From an uncultured Spirochaetota bacterium (GTDB lineage Bacteria; Spirochaetota; Spirochaetia; SZUA-6; CAVTHK01), in contig CAVTHK010000002.1 in assembly GCA_963734495.1 (NCBI GenBank), positions 1-64,000 of the forward strand: DNA of 64,000 nucleotides. The letters run 5' to 3'. Positions 1 to 10,881 of this stretch are shown here, piece after piece. Numbering within the stretch: the first letter of the stretch is position 1; each line of letters opens with the position of its first letter. A model generated the notes under the pieces. The model was not told the origin of the DNA and made no database searches. It worked only from the letters and a program-made list of their open reading frames with translations. Both the position numbers and the translations under genes were made by a program.

Positions 1-26
1 CGCTGCGGATACGGCGCAGGTTTCTC

Positions 27-54
27 TTGACTTCAGACCGGGCTGCTGTAGAAT
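27..54 (+). promoter_or_regulatory. Putative sigma70 promoter of the first catabolic operon
   Basis: TTGACT (27-32), 16-nt spacer, TAGAAT (49-54); SD GGGAGG precedes ATG at 116. Confidence 0.6.
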
Positions 55-115
55 CGAGCCTCCGGCGCCGGCAGGCTGTGGCGCCGGCGCAGTTGCTGCG
101 ATAGGGAGGTACGCG

Positions 116-2125
116 ATGAAGCGTATTGTGGTGCTGGCCCTGGGCACGATGCTGCTCGCGACGCTCGCTGCCTTCGCCGGCGGCGTCAAGGATGCGGGCG
201 CGGGCTCCGCGGCCGGTGCGGCGTCCAAGGCCGTTCCCACGCCTGGCAAGATGTACTGGGACGAGGGCGGCTGGAACACGATCGCCGACTTCGAGAAGGC
301 CACGGGCAGGAAGATCGCGAAGTTCGCCGAGGCGCCCATGCTCGCGGACCAGGTCAAGGCCGGCAAGCTCCCGGCGGTGGAAAAGCGCCTCCCCGCGGAG
401 CCCAAGGTCGCGGACGTGGTCGAGGAGATCGGGCAGTACGGCGGCGACTGGCGGCAGGTCTGGCGCAGCGTCAACGAGCCCTACGCCTTCAACAGGATCT
501 GCATGGAAGGGTTGCTGCAGTACAAGTGGGACGGCAGCAAGGTAGTGCCGAACCTCGCCACGAAGTTCGAGGTCTCACCCGACGGAACCACCTTCACCTT
601 CTACCTCAGGAAAGGGGTCAAGTGGTCCGACGGCACGCCCTACACGGCGGACGACATCGTGTTCACGCTCCAGGAGGTGTACGGCAACAAGGCTCTGTAC
701 CCCGCCTACCCGAGCTGGCTGCAGGTCAAGGGAACCCCGGTAAAGCCGGAAAAGGTCGACGACACCACGATCCGGCTCAAATTCGTCTCCGCCTATGGAC
801 TGTTCCCGGCCTACGTGGCCAACAACGCGTTCCAGGGGATGCCGAAGAACTACCTCAAGAAATTCCACCCGGCCTACACGCCCCAGGCCGACCTCGACAA
901 GATGGCCAAGGACCAGAGCTTTGCCAACTGGGCGGCGCTCTTCCAGGCCAAGGCGACCGGCGACGTCACGAACCCGGACCTGCCCACGCTGCGGCCGTGG
1001 AAGGTTTCCACCGAGCCGATCGCGACGCGCACCATCATGGAGCGCAACCCCTACTACTGGAAGGTCGATCCCGCGGGCAACCAGCTTCCCTACATCGACC
1101 GCATGTTGTGGGACAGGGCCGAGGACAGCAATACATGGCCGCTGAAAGTCATCGCGGGCGAGATCGATGCGCAGACCTGGGGCCTCGGCACGTTCACCAG
1201 CGCCTACACCCTGCTCAAGGAGAACGAGAAGAAGGGCGGCTACCGGGTGCTGGAGTACACTCACGCCGACGGCGCCAAGCTCATCATCATCCCGAACTAC
1301 GACACCGACGACCCTGTGCTGCTCAAGCTCTTTACCGACCGCCGGTTCCGCATCGCTCTCTCGTACGCGATCAACCGCAAGGAGATGAATGAGCTGATCT
1401 TCAATGGCCTCGGGCAGCCCTGGCAGGCCGCTCTCGTGCCGGGCGTGCCCTACTACAGCGAGAAGTGGGGCAAGGCCTTTATCGAGTTCGACCAGGCCAA
1501 GGCCAACCAGCTTCTCGACGAAGTCGGGCTCGCCAAAAAGGACGCCGAGGGTTTCCGCCTCAGGCCGGACGGCAAGGTGCTCGATCTCGTCATCGAGACG
1601 CGCGTCGGCGACGTCTACACCAAGCCGGTGGAGCTGGTCGCGGATTACTTCAGGAAGGTCGGGCTGAAGGCTTCGGTCAAAGCGTCGGACCGCACGCTGT
1701 ACACGGAGCGCGACCGCTCGGGCGTGCAGATCTTGAAGACCTGGGACAACTTTGACCGCCAGCTTCCGACGTTCCTGGTGGACGCCCGGCGCTACGTTCC
1801 GGATCGCTTCGAAACCGAGACCTGGCGCCAGTGGGGGCTCTGGTACGAGAGCAACCACACCAAGGGCAAGGAGCCGCCCGCCGAGCTCAAGGAGATGCTC
1901 GAGTGGTACGACATAGCGCGCACAACGCCCAAGGACAGCGAGCGCGATGAGTACGCGAAGAAGATCATCGACCGCTGGGCCGACAACATCTACGTCATCG
2001 GCACCGTCGCGCGCGTGCCGTTCATGAACATCGTACGCAACAACTTCCGCAACGTGCCGGAGCAGTTCGTCTGCGACTGGATGCCGCGCTGGGACCACGC
2101 TGAGCAGTTCTTCATCAAGAAGTAG
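116..2125 (+). CDS. ABC transporter substrate-binding protein, family 5 (OppA/DppA fold, probably oligosaccharide-binding)
   Basis: Signal peptide; EAPML..GKLPAVEKRLP, LRKGVKWSDG.PYTADD and RNPYYWKVD..GNQLPYID motifs. Confidence 0.9.
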   Translation: MKRIVVLALGTMLLATLAAFAGGVKDAGAGSAAGAASKAVPTPGKMYWDEGGWNTIADFEKATGRKIAKFAEAPMLADQVKAGKLPAVEKRLPAEPKVADVVEEIGQYGGDWRQVWRSVNEPYAFNRICMEGLLQYKWDGSKVVPNLATKFEVSPDGTTFTFYLRKGVKWSDGTPYTADDIVFTLQEVYGNKALYPAYPSWLQVKGTPVKPEKVDDTTIRLKFVSAYGLFPAYVANNAFQGMPKNYLKKFHPAYTPQADLDKMAKDQSFANWAALFQAKATGDVTNPDLPTLRPWKVSTEPIATRTIMERNPYYWKVDPAGNQLPYIDRMLWDRAEDSNTWPLKVIAGEIDAQTWGLGTFTSAYTLLKENEKKGGYRVLEYTHADGAKLIIIPNYDTDDPVLLKLFTDRRFRIALSYAINRKEMNELIFNGLGQPWQAALVPGVPYYSEKWGKAFIEFDQAKANQLLDEVGLAKKDAEGFRLRPDGKVLDLVIETRVGDVYTKPVELVADYFRKVGLKASVKASDRTLYTERDRSGVQILKTWDNFDRQLPTFLVDARRYVPDRFETETWRQWGLWYESNHTKGKEPPAELKEMLEWYDIARTTPKDSERDEYAKKIIDRWADNIYVIGTVARVPFMNIVRNNFRNVPEQFVCDWMPRWDHAEQFFIKK

Positions 2126-2139
2126 AACGCGCGGGCAAG

Positions 2140-2166
2140 CCGGAAGGGGCCGACCGCCCCTTCCGG
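2140..2166 (+). other. GC-rich hairpin between SBP and permease (stabiliser/attenuator candidate)
   Basis: CCGGAAGGGGC-cgacc-GCCCCTTCCGG, 11-bp stem, no T tract. Confidence 0.55.
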
Positions 2167-2194
2167 GCGCGCCCGCGGCGGTCCGGGGGGCGGT

Positions 2195-3187
2195 GTGCGT
2201 GATTTCCTGCTCAAGCGGGTGGGCCTCGCGATCCTCAACCTCGTGCTGATCTCGATCGTCTCGTTCGTGATCATCCAGCTGCCCCCGGGCGACTTCCTGA
2301 CGACGTACGTCGCGAGCCTCGGCGCGACCGGGGCCTCGGTGAACCAGGAAGTGATCGACGCTCTCAAGGTGCAGTTCGGCCTGGAGCAGCCGGTCTACGT
2401 GCAGTACTTCCGCTGGATGGGGGCGGTTTTCCACGGGACCTTCGGCCAGTCTTTCTTCTGGAAGATGTCGGTGGGAAAGCTGCTCGCGGCCACGATGCCG
2501 ACGACCGTGATCATCTCCCTGGTCACGCTGCTGTTCACTTATGCCATGGCGGTGCCGATCGGGATCTACTCCGCCACCCACCAGTACTCCTTTGGCGACT
2601 ATGCCTTTACCGTGATCGGTTTCATCGGCCTGGCGACACCCAACTTCCTGCTGGCGCTCGTCCTGATGTTCGTGGCGGTCTTCTACCTGGGACTCAGCGT
2701 CGGAGGGCTCTTTTCGTCGCAGTTCGTCGAGGCTCCCTGGAGCCTGGCGAAGGTCTGGGATCTGGCGAAGCACCTGCCGATTCCCGTGGTCGTAGTCGGC
2801 CTCTCAGGAACGGCCGGGCTGATCCGAGTACTGCGGGCGACCCTGCTCGACGAGCTGCGCAAGCAGTACGTGGTGACGGCGCGTGCCAAAGGGGTGGCCG
2901 AGAACGTGCTGCTGTTCCGCTACCCCGTGCGGATCGCCATGAACCCCATGGTGAGCAGCCTCGGCTGGGTGCTGCCCGGCATCGTCTCGGGCGCCACGAT
3001 CGCGGCGATCGTGCTCAACCTGCCGACGACGGGACCGCTGCTCTTTCAAGCGCTCGTGAGCCAGGACATGTACCTGGCGGGCAGCATCATCCTGGTGCTG
3101 AGCCTGATGGTGATCGTCGGGATGGTTCTTTCGGACGTGCTTCTCGTCGCGCTCGATCCGCGGATCCGGCTCGAGGGAAGGCGATAG
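2195..3187 (+). CDS. ABC permease (OppB/DppB-like)
   Basis: Multiple TM segments; YVVTARAKG EAA-type motif; C-terminal LDPRIR. Confidence 0.9.
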   Translation: MRDFLLKRVGLAILNLVLISIVSFVIIQLPPGDFLTTYVASLGATGASVNQEVIDALKVQFGLEQPVYVQYFRWMGAVFHGTFGQSFFWKMSVGKLLAATMPTTVIISLVTLLFTYAMAVPIGIYSATHQYSFGDYAFTVIGFIGLATPNFLLALVLMFVAVFYLGLSVGGLFSSQFVEAPWSLAKVWDLAKHLPIPVVVVGLSGTAGLIRVLRATLLDELRKQYVVTARAKGVAENVLLFRYPVRIAMNPMVSSLGWVLPGIVSGATIAAIVLNLPTTGPLLFQALVSQDMYLAGSIILVLSLMVIVGMVLSDVLLVALDPRIRLEGRR

Positions 3188-4342
3188 ATGGGCGATCCGC
3201 GCGTGCGTGAAGTGGAGGTGGCGGCGAGGGGAGCCCGCGGCATTTCGGAGGCGGCCCAGGAGCGCTACTACACGGCGTCACAGTGGCAGCTCATGGCCCG
3301 GCGCTTCAGGCGCAATCGTCTGGCGGCCGTGGGCGGCGCCGTGATCGCGTTCCTGTATCTCGCCGCGGTCTTCTGCGAGGCGATCGCGCCGTACAACACG
3401 GACGAGCGGTTCGCCGACTACCGCTACTGCCCGCCGCAGAGGGTTCATCTCTTCGACCGCGCGCACGGCATCTGGTTCCGTCCGTTCCTCTACGGCCTGG
3501 AATCCACCCGCGACCCGAGGACCCGGCGCAAGACCTACGTCGAAGATCGCTCGGTGGTCTACCCGGTCAGGCTGTTCGTGCGAGGCGTGCCATACAAGTT
3601 CTGGGAGCTCTGGAAGGGCGACCTTCATCTCGTCGGCGTCCAGACGCCGGGGACGATGTTTCTCCTGGGCACCGATTCGCTCGGAAGAGACCTCTGCTCC
3701 CGCCTCCTCTATGCCACGCGGATCTCGCTCTCGGTCGGCCTGATCGGGGTGGCTATGAGCTTCCTTTTGGGCTGCGTGCTCGGCGGCGTCTCCGGCTACT
3801 ACGGCGGGACCATCGACGTCGTCGTGCAACGGATCATCGAGTTCCTCCTCGCGATCCCGACGATTCCCCTGTGGATGGGCCTCGCCGCGGCCCTTCCGCA
3901 CGACTGGGACCCGGTCAAGACCTACTTCGCCATCACGGTCATACTGTCGCTGATCAACTGGACCTACCTGGCCCGCGTGGTGCGGGGCAAGCTGCTGTCC
4001 CTGCGCGAGGAGGACTTCGTCACGGCCTCGCTCATCGGGGGGGCGACCCAGGGCTACGTGATCTTTCGCCACCTCCTCCCCTCGTTCATGAGCTACCTCA
4101 TCGTCAGCCTGACGCTCGCCGTGCCCAACATGATCCTGGGCGAGACCGCGTTGAGCTTTCTCGGGATCGGGCTGCAGGCGCCGGTCGTGAGCTGGGGCGT
4201 GCTGCTCAAGGACGCCCAGAACATCGAGACGGTGGCGCTCTACCCCTGGATGATGCTGCCGGTCTTTTCCGTAATCGTGGCGGTCCTGTCGTTCAACTTC
4301 CTCGGCGACGGGCTTCGCGACGCCGCCGACCCCTACAGGTGA
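3188..4342 (+). CDS. ABC permease (OppC/DppC-like)
   Basis: LLGTDSLGRD, ETALSFLGIG and GDGLRDAADP motifs. Confidence 0.9.
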   Translation: MGDPRVREVEVAARGARGISEAAQERYYTASQWQLMARRFRRNRLAAVGGAVIAFLYLAAVFCEAIAPYNTDERFADYRYCPPQRVHLFDRAHGIWFRPFLYGLESTRDPRTRRKTYVEDRSVVYPVRLFVRGVPYKFWELWKGDLHLVGVQTPGTMFLLGTDSLGRDLCSRLLYATRISLSVGLIGVAMSFLLGCVLGGVSGYYGGTIDVVVQRIIEFLLAIPTIPLWMGLAAALPHDWDPVKTYFAITVILSLINWTYLARVVRGKLLSLREEDFVTASLIGGATQGYVIFRHLLPSFMSYLIVSLTLAVPNMILGETALSFLGIGLQAPVVSWGVLLKDAQNIETVALYPWMMLPVFSVIVAVLSFNFLGDGLRDAADPYR

Positions 4343-4346
4343 CTCC

Positions 4347-5828
4347 ATGAGCATGATGCCCTCCCTCGCGGACCTCGGCGGTCGACGGGTCCTCACCGTC
4401 GACGGCGAGCCCTTCCTGATCCTCTCGCTGCAGTGGGACTGCGACAGCTGCTTCTCGCGGGAGGACATGGACCCGCTCCTCCCGCACGCGCGCGCCCTGG
4501 GCTGCAACTCGGCCGCGCTCCTGCTCTACTGGAAGGAGATCGAGCCGGAGGAGGGCCGGTACGACTTTGGCATGCTCGACCACCGGATCGAGCAGGCGCG
4601 GGCGAACGACCTGCGGATCGTCCTCGTCTGGTTCGGCGCCTACAAGAACGGCTGCCTCAACTACGCGCCCGAGTGGGTCAAGCGGGACCACGACCGCTTC
4701 CGCAGGGCGAAGGCCGCGGACGGGAGGGACCTGGCCAATTTCGCCTGCCCGACGTGCCGCGAGACCTTCGAGCGAGACCGCGCCGCGATCGAGCAGGTCT
4801 TCGGCCGCCTCCGGGAGGTCGACGGAGAGCGGCACACCGTGATCCTCTTCCAGATGGAGAACGAGACCGGCCTCCTCGGCACCGATCGCTGCCGCTGCGC
4901 CGAGTGCGAGCGCGCGTTCGCCGAAGGCGGGTGGGCCGAGCGCCACCCGGCGCGCGCGGCCGAGGCGTTCTCGGCGAGCTGCATCGCGGCCTGGGTCGAC
5001 GGCCTCGCGGCCGCGGCCAAGGCGATCCATCCGCTTCCCGTCTACATCAACTGCTGGCTCGCGTCGCGCACGAGGGCGGCGGTCGCCGGGCGGCACTACC
5101 CCTCGGGCGGCCCGGTCGGCCGGGTGCTCGACATCTACCGCGAGACGCTGAAGAGCGTGGACTTCATCTCGCCCGACATCTACGCGCACGGGTTCCGCGA
5201 CTTCGACGCGTTCTGCCGCATGTACAGCTGGCCCGGCAACCCCCTGTACGTGGCCGAGCACTCCAGCGGGCCGGGCAGCCGCGCCGAGCGCAACGTCTTC
5301 TACGCCATCGGCGAGCATGCCGCCATCGGCTTCGACCCGTGGGCCATCGATCGGCCGCACCCCGACCAGTACGCGCCGCCGCTCGTGCACCCGATCGACG
5401 GCCGCTGGAGCGAGGATGCTTACAGCCTGCGCGACTCCTACGTCGTCATCCGCGACGCGATGATCCCGATCGCGGAGGCCCAGGGCAGCGAGCGCCTCCG
5501 CAGCTTCGTGCAGGAGCAGGCCGAGACGGCCGCGCTGCTCGACTTTGGCGACCTGACGGTCGAGGTGACCTACCGCCACCGGGACGGCGCGGCGAGGGGG
5601 ATGGTCGTGCGCCTCGGCCGCGACGAGCTGATCGTGCTCGGCGCCGGGCTCGACGTGGGCTTCTGCGATGCAGCGGGCGCCCCGGTGGCGATCGCAGGCG
5701 TCGAGCGGGGCAGGTTCGAGGGCCGGCAGTGGAAGGCGGTGCTTCCGGTGCGACGCGAAGGCACGAACCCCGCCGCGCCGTTCCGAGTCGTGGAGGCGGG
5801 GGTGTTCCGCGTGAGGCTGCGCCTGTAG
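4347..5828 (+). CDS. GH35-like/clan GH-A glycoside hydrolase (beta-galactosidase-like, DUF5597-type), paralog 1
   Basis: W..IEPEEGRYDF, LVWFGAYKNG..YAPEW, FQMENE (acid/base candidate), PLYVAE (nucleophile candidate). Confidence 0.7.
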   Translation: MSMMPSLADLGGRRVLTVDGEPFLILSLQWDCDSCFSREDMDPLLPHARALGCNSAALLLYWKEIEPEEGRYDFGMLDHRIEQARANDLRIVLVWFGAYKNGCLNYAPEWVKRDHDRFRRAKAADGRDLANFACPTCRETFERDRAAIEQVFGRLREVDGERHTVILFQMENETGLLGTDRCRCAECERAFAEGGWAERHPARAAEAFSASCIAAWVDGLAAAAKAIHPLPVYINCWLASRTRAAVAGRHYPSGGPVGRVLDIYRETLKSVDFISPDIYAHGFRDFDAFCRMYSWPGNPLYVAEHSSGPGSRAERNVFYAIGEHAAIGFDPWAIDRPHPDQYAPPLVHPIDGRWSEDAYSLRDSYVVIRDAMIPIAEAQGSERLRSFVQEQAETAALLDFGDLTVEVTYRHRDGAARGMVVRLGRDELIVLGAGLDVGFCDAAGAPVAIAGVERGRFEGRQWKAVLPVRREGTNPAAPFRVVEAGVFRVRLRL

Positions 5829-5857
5829 CGGGCGTAACGGCTGGGAAAGGAGAGTCC

Positions 5858-7337
5858 GTGACGAGCAACAAGGTGAAGGTGACCATCATCGGCGCCGGCA
5901 GCGCGACGTTCGCGGCGGGGATCGTCCGCGACCTCTGCATGACCCCCGGGCTGCACGGCAGCCACGTCGCGCTGATGGATGTCGACCGCCGCAGGCTCGA
6001 CATGATCGAGATCCTGGCCTCGCGCCTCTCAAAGGAGCTCAAGGCCGGGCCTGTCGTTCAGCAAGACCCTGTCGCGGGAGAAGGCGCTCGAGGGGGCCGA
6101 CTTCGTCATCAACACGGCGCAGGTGGGCAGCCACCCGTGGACCGAGGCCCAGCGCAGCCTCGCGGAAAAGCACGGCTACTACCGGGGGGCCCGCCTCCAC
6201 GACTTCGGCCAGATGGCCCTCATGCTCGACGTGGCGCGCGACGTCGAGCGGATCTGCCCCGGCGCCTGGATCATCCAGTCGTCGAACCCGGTCTTCGAGG
6301 GCTGCACGCTGATGGCGAGAGAGACGCGGGCGAATGTCGTCGGGCTGTGCCACGGTCACTACGGCTACCGTCACGTGGCCGAGGTGCTCGGGCTCGAGCT
6401 CGAGCACGTGACGGCGGAGATGCCGGGCTTCAACCACTGGATCTGGATGACCGAGTTCCGCTACAAGGGCCGGGACGCCTACCCGCTGATCGACGAGTGG
6501 ATCGCGACGAAGGCCGAGGAGTACTGGCGGACGCACAAGCCGACGTTCAGCGACAACCAGATGTCGCGCGCCGCGATCCACCAGTACGCGCTCTACGGCC
6601 TGATGCCCATCGGGGACACGCCGCGCATGGTCGGGTGGTGGTACCACACGGACCTGGAAACGAAGAAGAAGTGGTACGGGCACCTCGGGGGCTTCGACTC
6701 CGAAATCGGCTGGGGCCAGTATCTCGAGCGGATCGACGAGCGGGTCGCCGCCGTCGAGCGGGCGGCGCTGAACAAGGCGCGGCCGATCACCGACGAGTTC
6801 CCGGCCAAAAAGACCGACGAGCAGATCGTGCCGATCATCGACTCCATCGTTCACGACCGGGCGGGTGTCTACCAGGTGAACATCCCGAACCGGGGCGGGA
6901 TTCTCCCGGGCTTCCCGGAGGACCTCGTCATCGAGTGCAAGGGCGTGGTCAGCGCGGCCGGCATCCGCGGGATCGCGGTGCCGCCGATGCCGCCGAGGGT
7001 GAACGTCGGCGCGATGGTTCCGCGCTGGCAGCGCGCGGAGCTCGTGGTGGAGAGCTTGCGGCAGGGCGACCCGCAGCTCCTGCTGGCCTACCTGCTCTAC
7101 GATCAGCGCACCACGAGCCTCGGGCAGGCGGAGGCCCTTGTCGAGGAGTGGCTTGCCGATCCGCGCAACGAGCGGGTCGCGCGGCAGTTCGGGCGCGCGC
7201 CCGGGCGGCCGCGCGCGGCGCGGGCGAGAAAGGCCCCCGCGCGCAGGGCAGCCGCGAAGAGGCGGCCGGCGTCGAAACCGGCGCCCGCGCGCCGCAAGGC
7301 GCCCGCGCCCCGCAAGGCGAAGGGAGGCCGGCGATGA
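5858..7337 (+). CDS. Family 4 glycoside hydrolase (NAD+/metal-dependent alpha-glycosidase), paralog 1; frameshift near 6045; basic C-terminal tail
   Basis: GTG start after AAGGAG; IIGAGSATF Rossmann motif, SSNP, GLCHG, GFNH; N- and C-terminal parts lie in different frames. Confidence 0.85.
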
Positions 7338-8749
7338 GCATCGAGACACACGGGATCGGGACGTCGGGCCCGCTGCGGATCGCGATCATCGGCGCGGGCA
7401 GCGCCACCTTCGCGGCCACCGTCGTGCGCGACCTCTGCGTGCACCCCCGGATGGGCGGCAGCCACGTGGCGCTCATGGACGTGGACGCGCACCGCCTCGA
7501 GATGATCGAAGGGCTCGCGGTGCGCCTGGCGCGCGAGCTCGGCGCGGATCTCACGTTCTCGCGGACGCTCGACCGGAGCGAGGCGCTCCAAGGGGCGCAG
7601 TTCGTCATCAACACGGCGCAGACCGGCGGCCACGGCTGGACCGAAGCGCAGCGGAGCCTCGGCGAGAAGCACGGCTACTACCGCGGCGTAGGCGTCGTCA
7701 ACGGCGACGCCGGGCTGCACTGCTACGGCCAGCTCGCGCTGATGCTCGAGGTCGCCCGCGACATCGAGCGCATCGCGCCCGACGCCTGGCTCATCCAGTC
7801 GTCCAACCCCGTCTTCGAGGGCTGCACGCTGATGACGCGCGAGACGCCGGTCAAGGTCGTCGGGCTCTGCCACGGCCACTACGGCTACCGCGGCGTGGCG
7901 AAGGTGCTGGGCCTCGACCTCGAGCACGTCACCGCCGAGATGCCGGGCTTTAACCACTGGATCTGGATGACCGATTTCCGCTACAAGGGCGAGAACGCGT
8001 ACCCGCTCCTCGACGAGTGGATTGCGAAGAGCGCAGAGACGTACTGGAAGACGCACAAGCCGACCTTCAGCGAGACGCAGATGTCGCGGGCCGCGATCCA
8101 CCAGTACCGCCTGTTCGGCGTGATGCCGATCGGCGACACGCCGCGCTTTGCCGGCTGGTGGTACCAGACCGACACCGCCACGCGCCAGCGCTGGTACGGG
8201 GTGCACGGCGGCTTCGACTCGGAGATCGGGTGGGCGCAGTACCTCGAGCGCATCGAGGAGCGGGTCAAGGCCGTGGAGAAAGCCGCGCGCGACGAGACCG
8301 TCAAGGTCACGGACCTCTTCCCGCCAAAGGCGAGCGAGGAGCAGATCGTGCCGATCATCGACTCGCTCGCGCACGACGTTCAGGCGAGGTACCAGGTGAA
8401 CGTCCCCAACCGCGGCCCCGTCATCCAGGGCTTCCCTGAAGACCTCGTGATCGAGTGCCAGGCCGTCGTGGACCGCTCGGGCATCAGGCCGGTGACCGTG
8501 CCGCCGCTGCCGCGAAGGCTGGTGACCGGGGCGATGATCCCGCGCTGGCACAAGGCCGAGCTGCTGGTCGAGTCGTTCCGGCGCGGCGACCGGAACCTGC
8601 TGCTGAATTACCTGCTGGTCGAGCCGCGCACGCGCTCGCTCGACCAGGCGGAGAGGGTCGCCGCCGAGTGGCTGGCCGACCCGGGAAACGCGACCGTGGC
8701 ACGCCGCTTCGCAGCCGCGGCATCTTTGTCGTCCGGAGGCAGGGCATGA
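7334..8749 (+). CDS. Family 4 glycoside hydrolase, paralog 2
   Basis: ATG at 7334 overlaps the previous stop, SD GGGAGG; same GAGS/SSNP/GLCHG/GFNH motifs; colinear with paralog 1. Confidence 0.88.
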   Translation: MSIETHGIGTSGPLRIAIIGAGSATFAATVVRDLCVHPRMGGSHVALMDVDAHRLEMIEGLAVRLARELGADLTFSRTLDRSEALQGAQFVINTAQTGGHGWTEAQRSLGEKHGYYRGVGVVNGDAGLHCYGQLALMLEVARDIERIAPDAWLIQSSNPVFEGCTLMTRETPVKVVGLCHGHYGYRGVAKVLGLDLEHVTAEMPGFNHWIWMTDFRYKGENAYPLLDEWIAKSAETYWKTHKPTFSETQMSRAAIHQYRLFGVMPIGDTPRFAGWWYQTDTATRQRWYGVHGGFDSEIGWAQYLERIEERVKAVEKAARDETVKVTDLFPPKASEEQIVPIIDSLAHDVQARYQVNVPNRGPVIQGFPEDLVIECQAVVDRSGIRPVTVPPLPRRLVTGAMIPRWHKAELLVESFRRGDRNLLLNYLLVEPRTRSLDQAERVAAEWLADPGNATVARRFAAAASLSSGGRA

Positions 8750-9705
8750 GCAAGGTGTTTCGAGGCGTGTTCACGATTCCGTCCACCCCGTTCCGCGAGA
8801 ACGGGGAGATCGACGTCCTCGGCTTCCGCAGCATCGTGGACTTCTGCATTGCCTGCGGAGCGCACGGCCTGGTGTTCCCCGTCAACGCGAGCGAGTTCAC
8901 TTCGCTCTCCGACGCCGAGCGGATGAAGCTCTCCGAGGTGATGGTCGAGCAGAACGCCGGCCGCATCCCGACCATGATCGGCGTGGCGGGCGTCACCCGG
9001 GAGGTGGCCGCCATGTTCGCGCGCCACGCGCGCGAGATCGGCGCGGACTCCGTGATCGCGATGCCGCCCTACGTCAAGCGGGGCGAGAGCTCGGAGGGGC
9101 AGATCTTCGAGTACTACCGGGCGATCTCCGACGCCGGGCGCCTGCCCGTCTGCATCCAGAACTACTCACCGCCGATCGGCACCGACATGTCGGCCGCCTT
9201 CATGCTGAGGCTCTGCCGGGAGATCGAGCACGTGGAGTACATCAAGGAAGAGACGGTGCCGAGCACCTTCAAGCTCACCCAGATCCGGGAGGCCGATGAC
9301 GGGTCGTGCAAGGGCGTGTTCGGCGGCGCGGGCGGCCGCTACCTCATCGAGGAGCACCGCCGCGGCTCCGCCGGCAACATGCCCGGCTGCCACGTCACCG
9401 ACGTCGTGGTCGCGTTCTGGGATGCGCTGGAGGCGGGCGACGAGAAGCGCGCGATGCACGTCTACAAGGAGATGGCGCCGCTGTTCTTCTTCGAGCACCA
9501 GCTCCCCGGCTCGTACAAGGAGGTGCTCAAGCGCCGCGGGGTCATCGACTGCGCGCTCAAGCGCGGCGGCCCCATGCCGCTCGACGAGGTCGCCTCCCGC
9601 TACCTCGACGAGATCCTCGCGGCGCTCGAGCCGCTGATGAGCTGGCACGAGAAGGCGCCCGGCACCGCGTACGGCGGCGGGCGCAAGGCGCCGGCGAAGC
9701 GATGA
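8746..9705 (+). CDS. Dihydrodipicolinate synthase-family aldolase/dehydratase
   Basis: TPF..NGEID, VNASEF.SLS..ER, MPPY, IQN, YIKEE (Schiff-base Lys). Confidence 0.85.
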   Translation: MSKVFRGVFTIPSTPFRENGEIDVLGFRSIVDFCIACGAHGLVFPVNASEFTSLSDAERMKLSEVMVEQNAGRIPTMIGVAGVTREVAAMFARHAREIGADSVIAMPPYVKRGESSEGQIFEYYRAISDAGRLPVCIQNYSPPIGTDMSAAFMLRLCREIEHVEYIKEETVPSTFKLTQIREADDGSCKGVFGGAGGRYLIEEHRRGSAGNMPGCHVTDVVVAFWDALEAGDEKRAMHVYKEMAPLFFFEHQLPGSYKEVLKRRGVIDCALKRGGPMPLDEVASRYLDEILAALEPLMSWHEKAPGTAYGGGRKAPAKR

Positions 9706-10839
9706 AGATCACCGCGGTCCGCACGTTCGTCGTCGGCAACCCGTGGAAGAACTGGCTCTTCCTCAAGGTCGACACCGACGAGGGGATCTCGGGCCTGGGC
9801 GAGGCCACGGGAGGCCTCGCGACCAAGCCCCACCTCGGCGACGTCGAGGAGCTCTCGCGCTTCGTGATCGGCCAGGACCCCCGCAGCCCCGAGGCGCTGT
9901 GGCACCGCATGCTCAAGGGCCGTTTCCTGAGGCCGTCGCTCGGCATGAGCGGCATCGAGATCGCCTGCTGGGACATCCTCGGCAGGTCGCTCGGGGTGCC
10001 GGTCTGGCAGCTCTTCGGCGGGAAGCACCGCGACTCGTTGCGCGCCTACGCCAACGGATGGTACCGCGGCCCGCGGGAGCCGCGCTTCTTCGCGGAGAAG
10101 GCGGCGGAGCTGGCTGCCGCGGGCTACACCGCGCTCAAGTTCGACCCCTTCGGCGGCGCGTACCTCCAGATGGACCGCCGCAGCGAGCGCCTGGCCATCG
10201 ACATCGTCGAAGGCGGTGCGGGAGGCCGTCGGCCCCGACGTCGACATCCTCGTCGAGGGCCACGACCGCTTCGGTGTGTCGCAGGCCGTGCGGATCGCCC
10301 GCATGCTGGAGCGAGGCGCGGCCGCTGTTCTTCGAGACGCCGGTGAACTCGATGGACATCGAGGCGACCGCCGCGGTGGCGCGGCAGTCGCCCGTGCCGA
10401 TCGCGGCCGGCGAGCGCTACGAGCGCCTCGCGGAGTTCACGCGCGCTGCTCGCCCATCGCGTCGTCGACATCGTGCAGCCCGAGGCCATGCACCTGGGGA
10501 TCTCCAACCTGCGCAAGGCGTGCGGGATCGCGGAGGCGCACGACGCGGTCGTCGCGTGCCACCAGGCGCAGAGCCCGCTCTGCACGGCCATCAACGCGCA
10601 CCTGCACGCTTCGATCCCGAACTTCCTCGTCCAGGAGAACTTCGACGACGGCGCGGAGCCCTGGACCTGGGACCTGCTGTCGGGCGTGCCGCGCGTCGAG
10701 CGCGGCTACCTGAGCGTTCCCGTCGGCGCCGGGCTGGGGCGTGGAGCTGGACGAGCGCGAGGCGCTCAAGCACCCCTACGGGCCGACGAACTTCCTGAGG
10801 CTCTTCGAGGAAGGCTGGGAAGCCCGGCGGCCCGGGTAG
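9702..10839 (+). CDS. Mandelate racemase/enolase-superfamily acid-sugar dehydratase (DgoD-like); several frameshifts (~10210, 10315, 10445, 10740)
   Basis: MKITAVRTFVVGNPWKNWLFLKVDTDEG, GIEIACWDI.G, YANGW, KFDPF, VEGH.RF, AAGER, VQPE, spread across frames. Confidence 0.8.
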
Positions 10840-10881
10840 CTCGCGGCAGGGCTGGGGCGCGGCAAGACACAGGAGGCGGCC

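Noticed and set aside
4433-8749. 1438-aa ORF suggesting a giant multidomain protein
   Set aside because: Chimera of off-frame sequence, the N-terminus of GH4 paralog 1 and all of paralog 2, which has its own SD and ATG at 7334.
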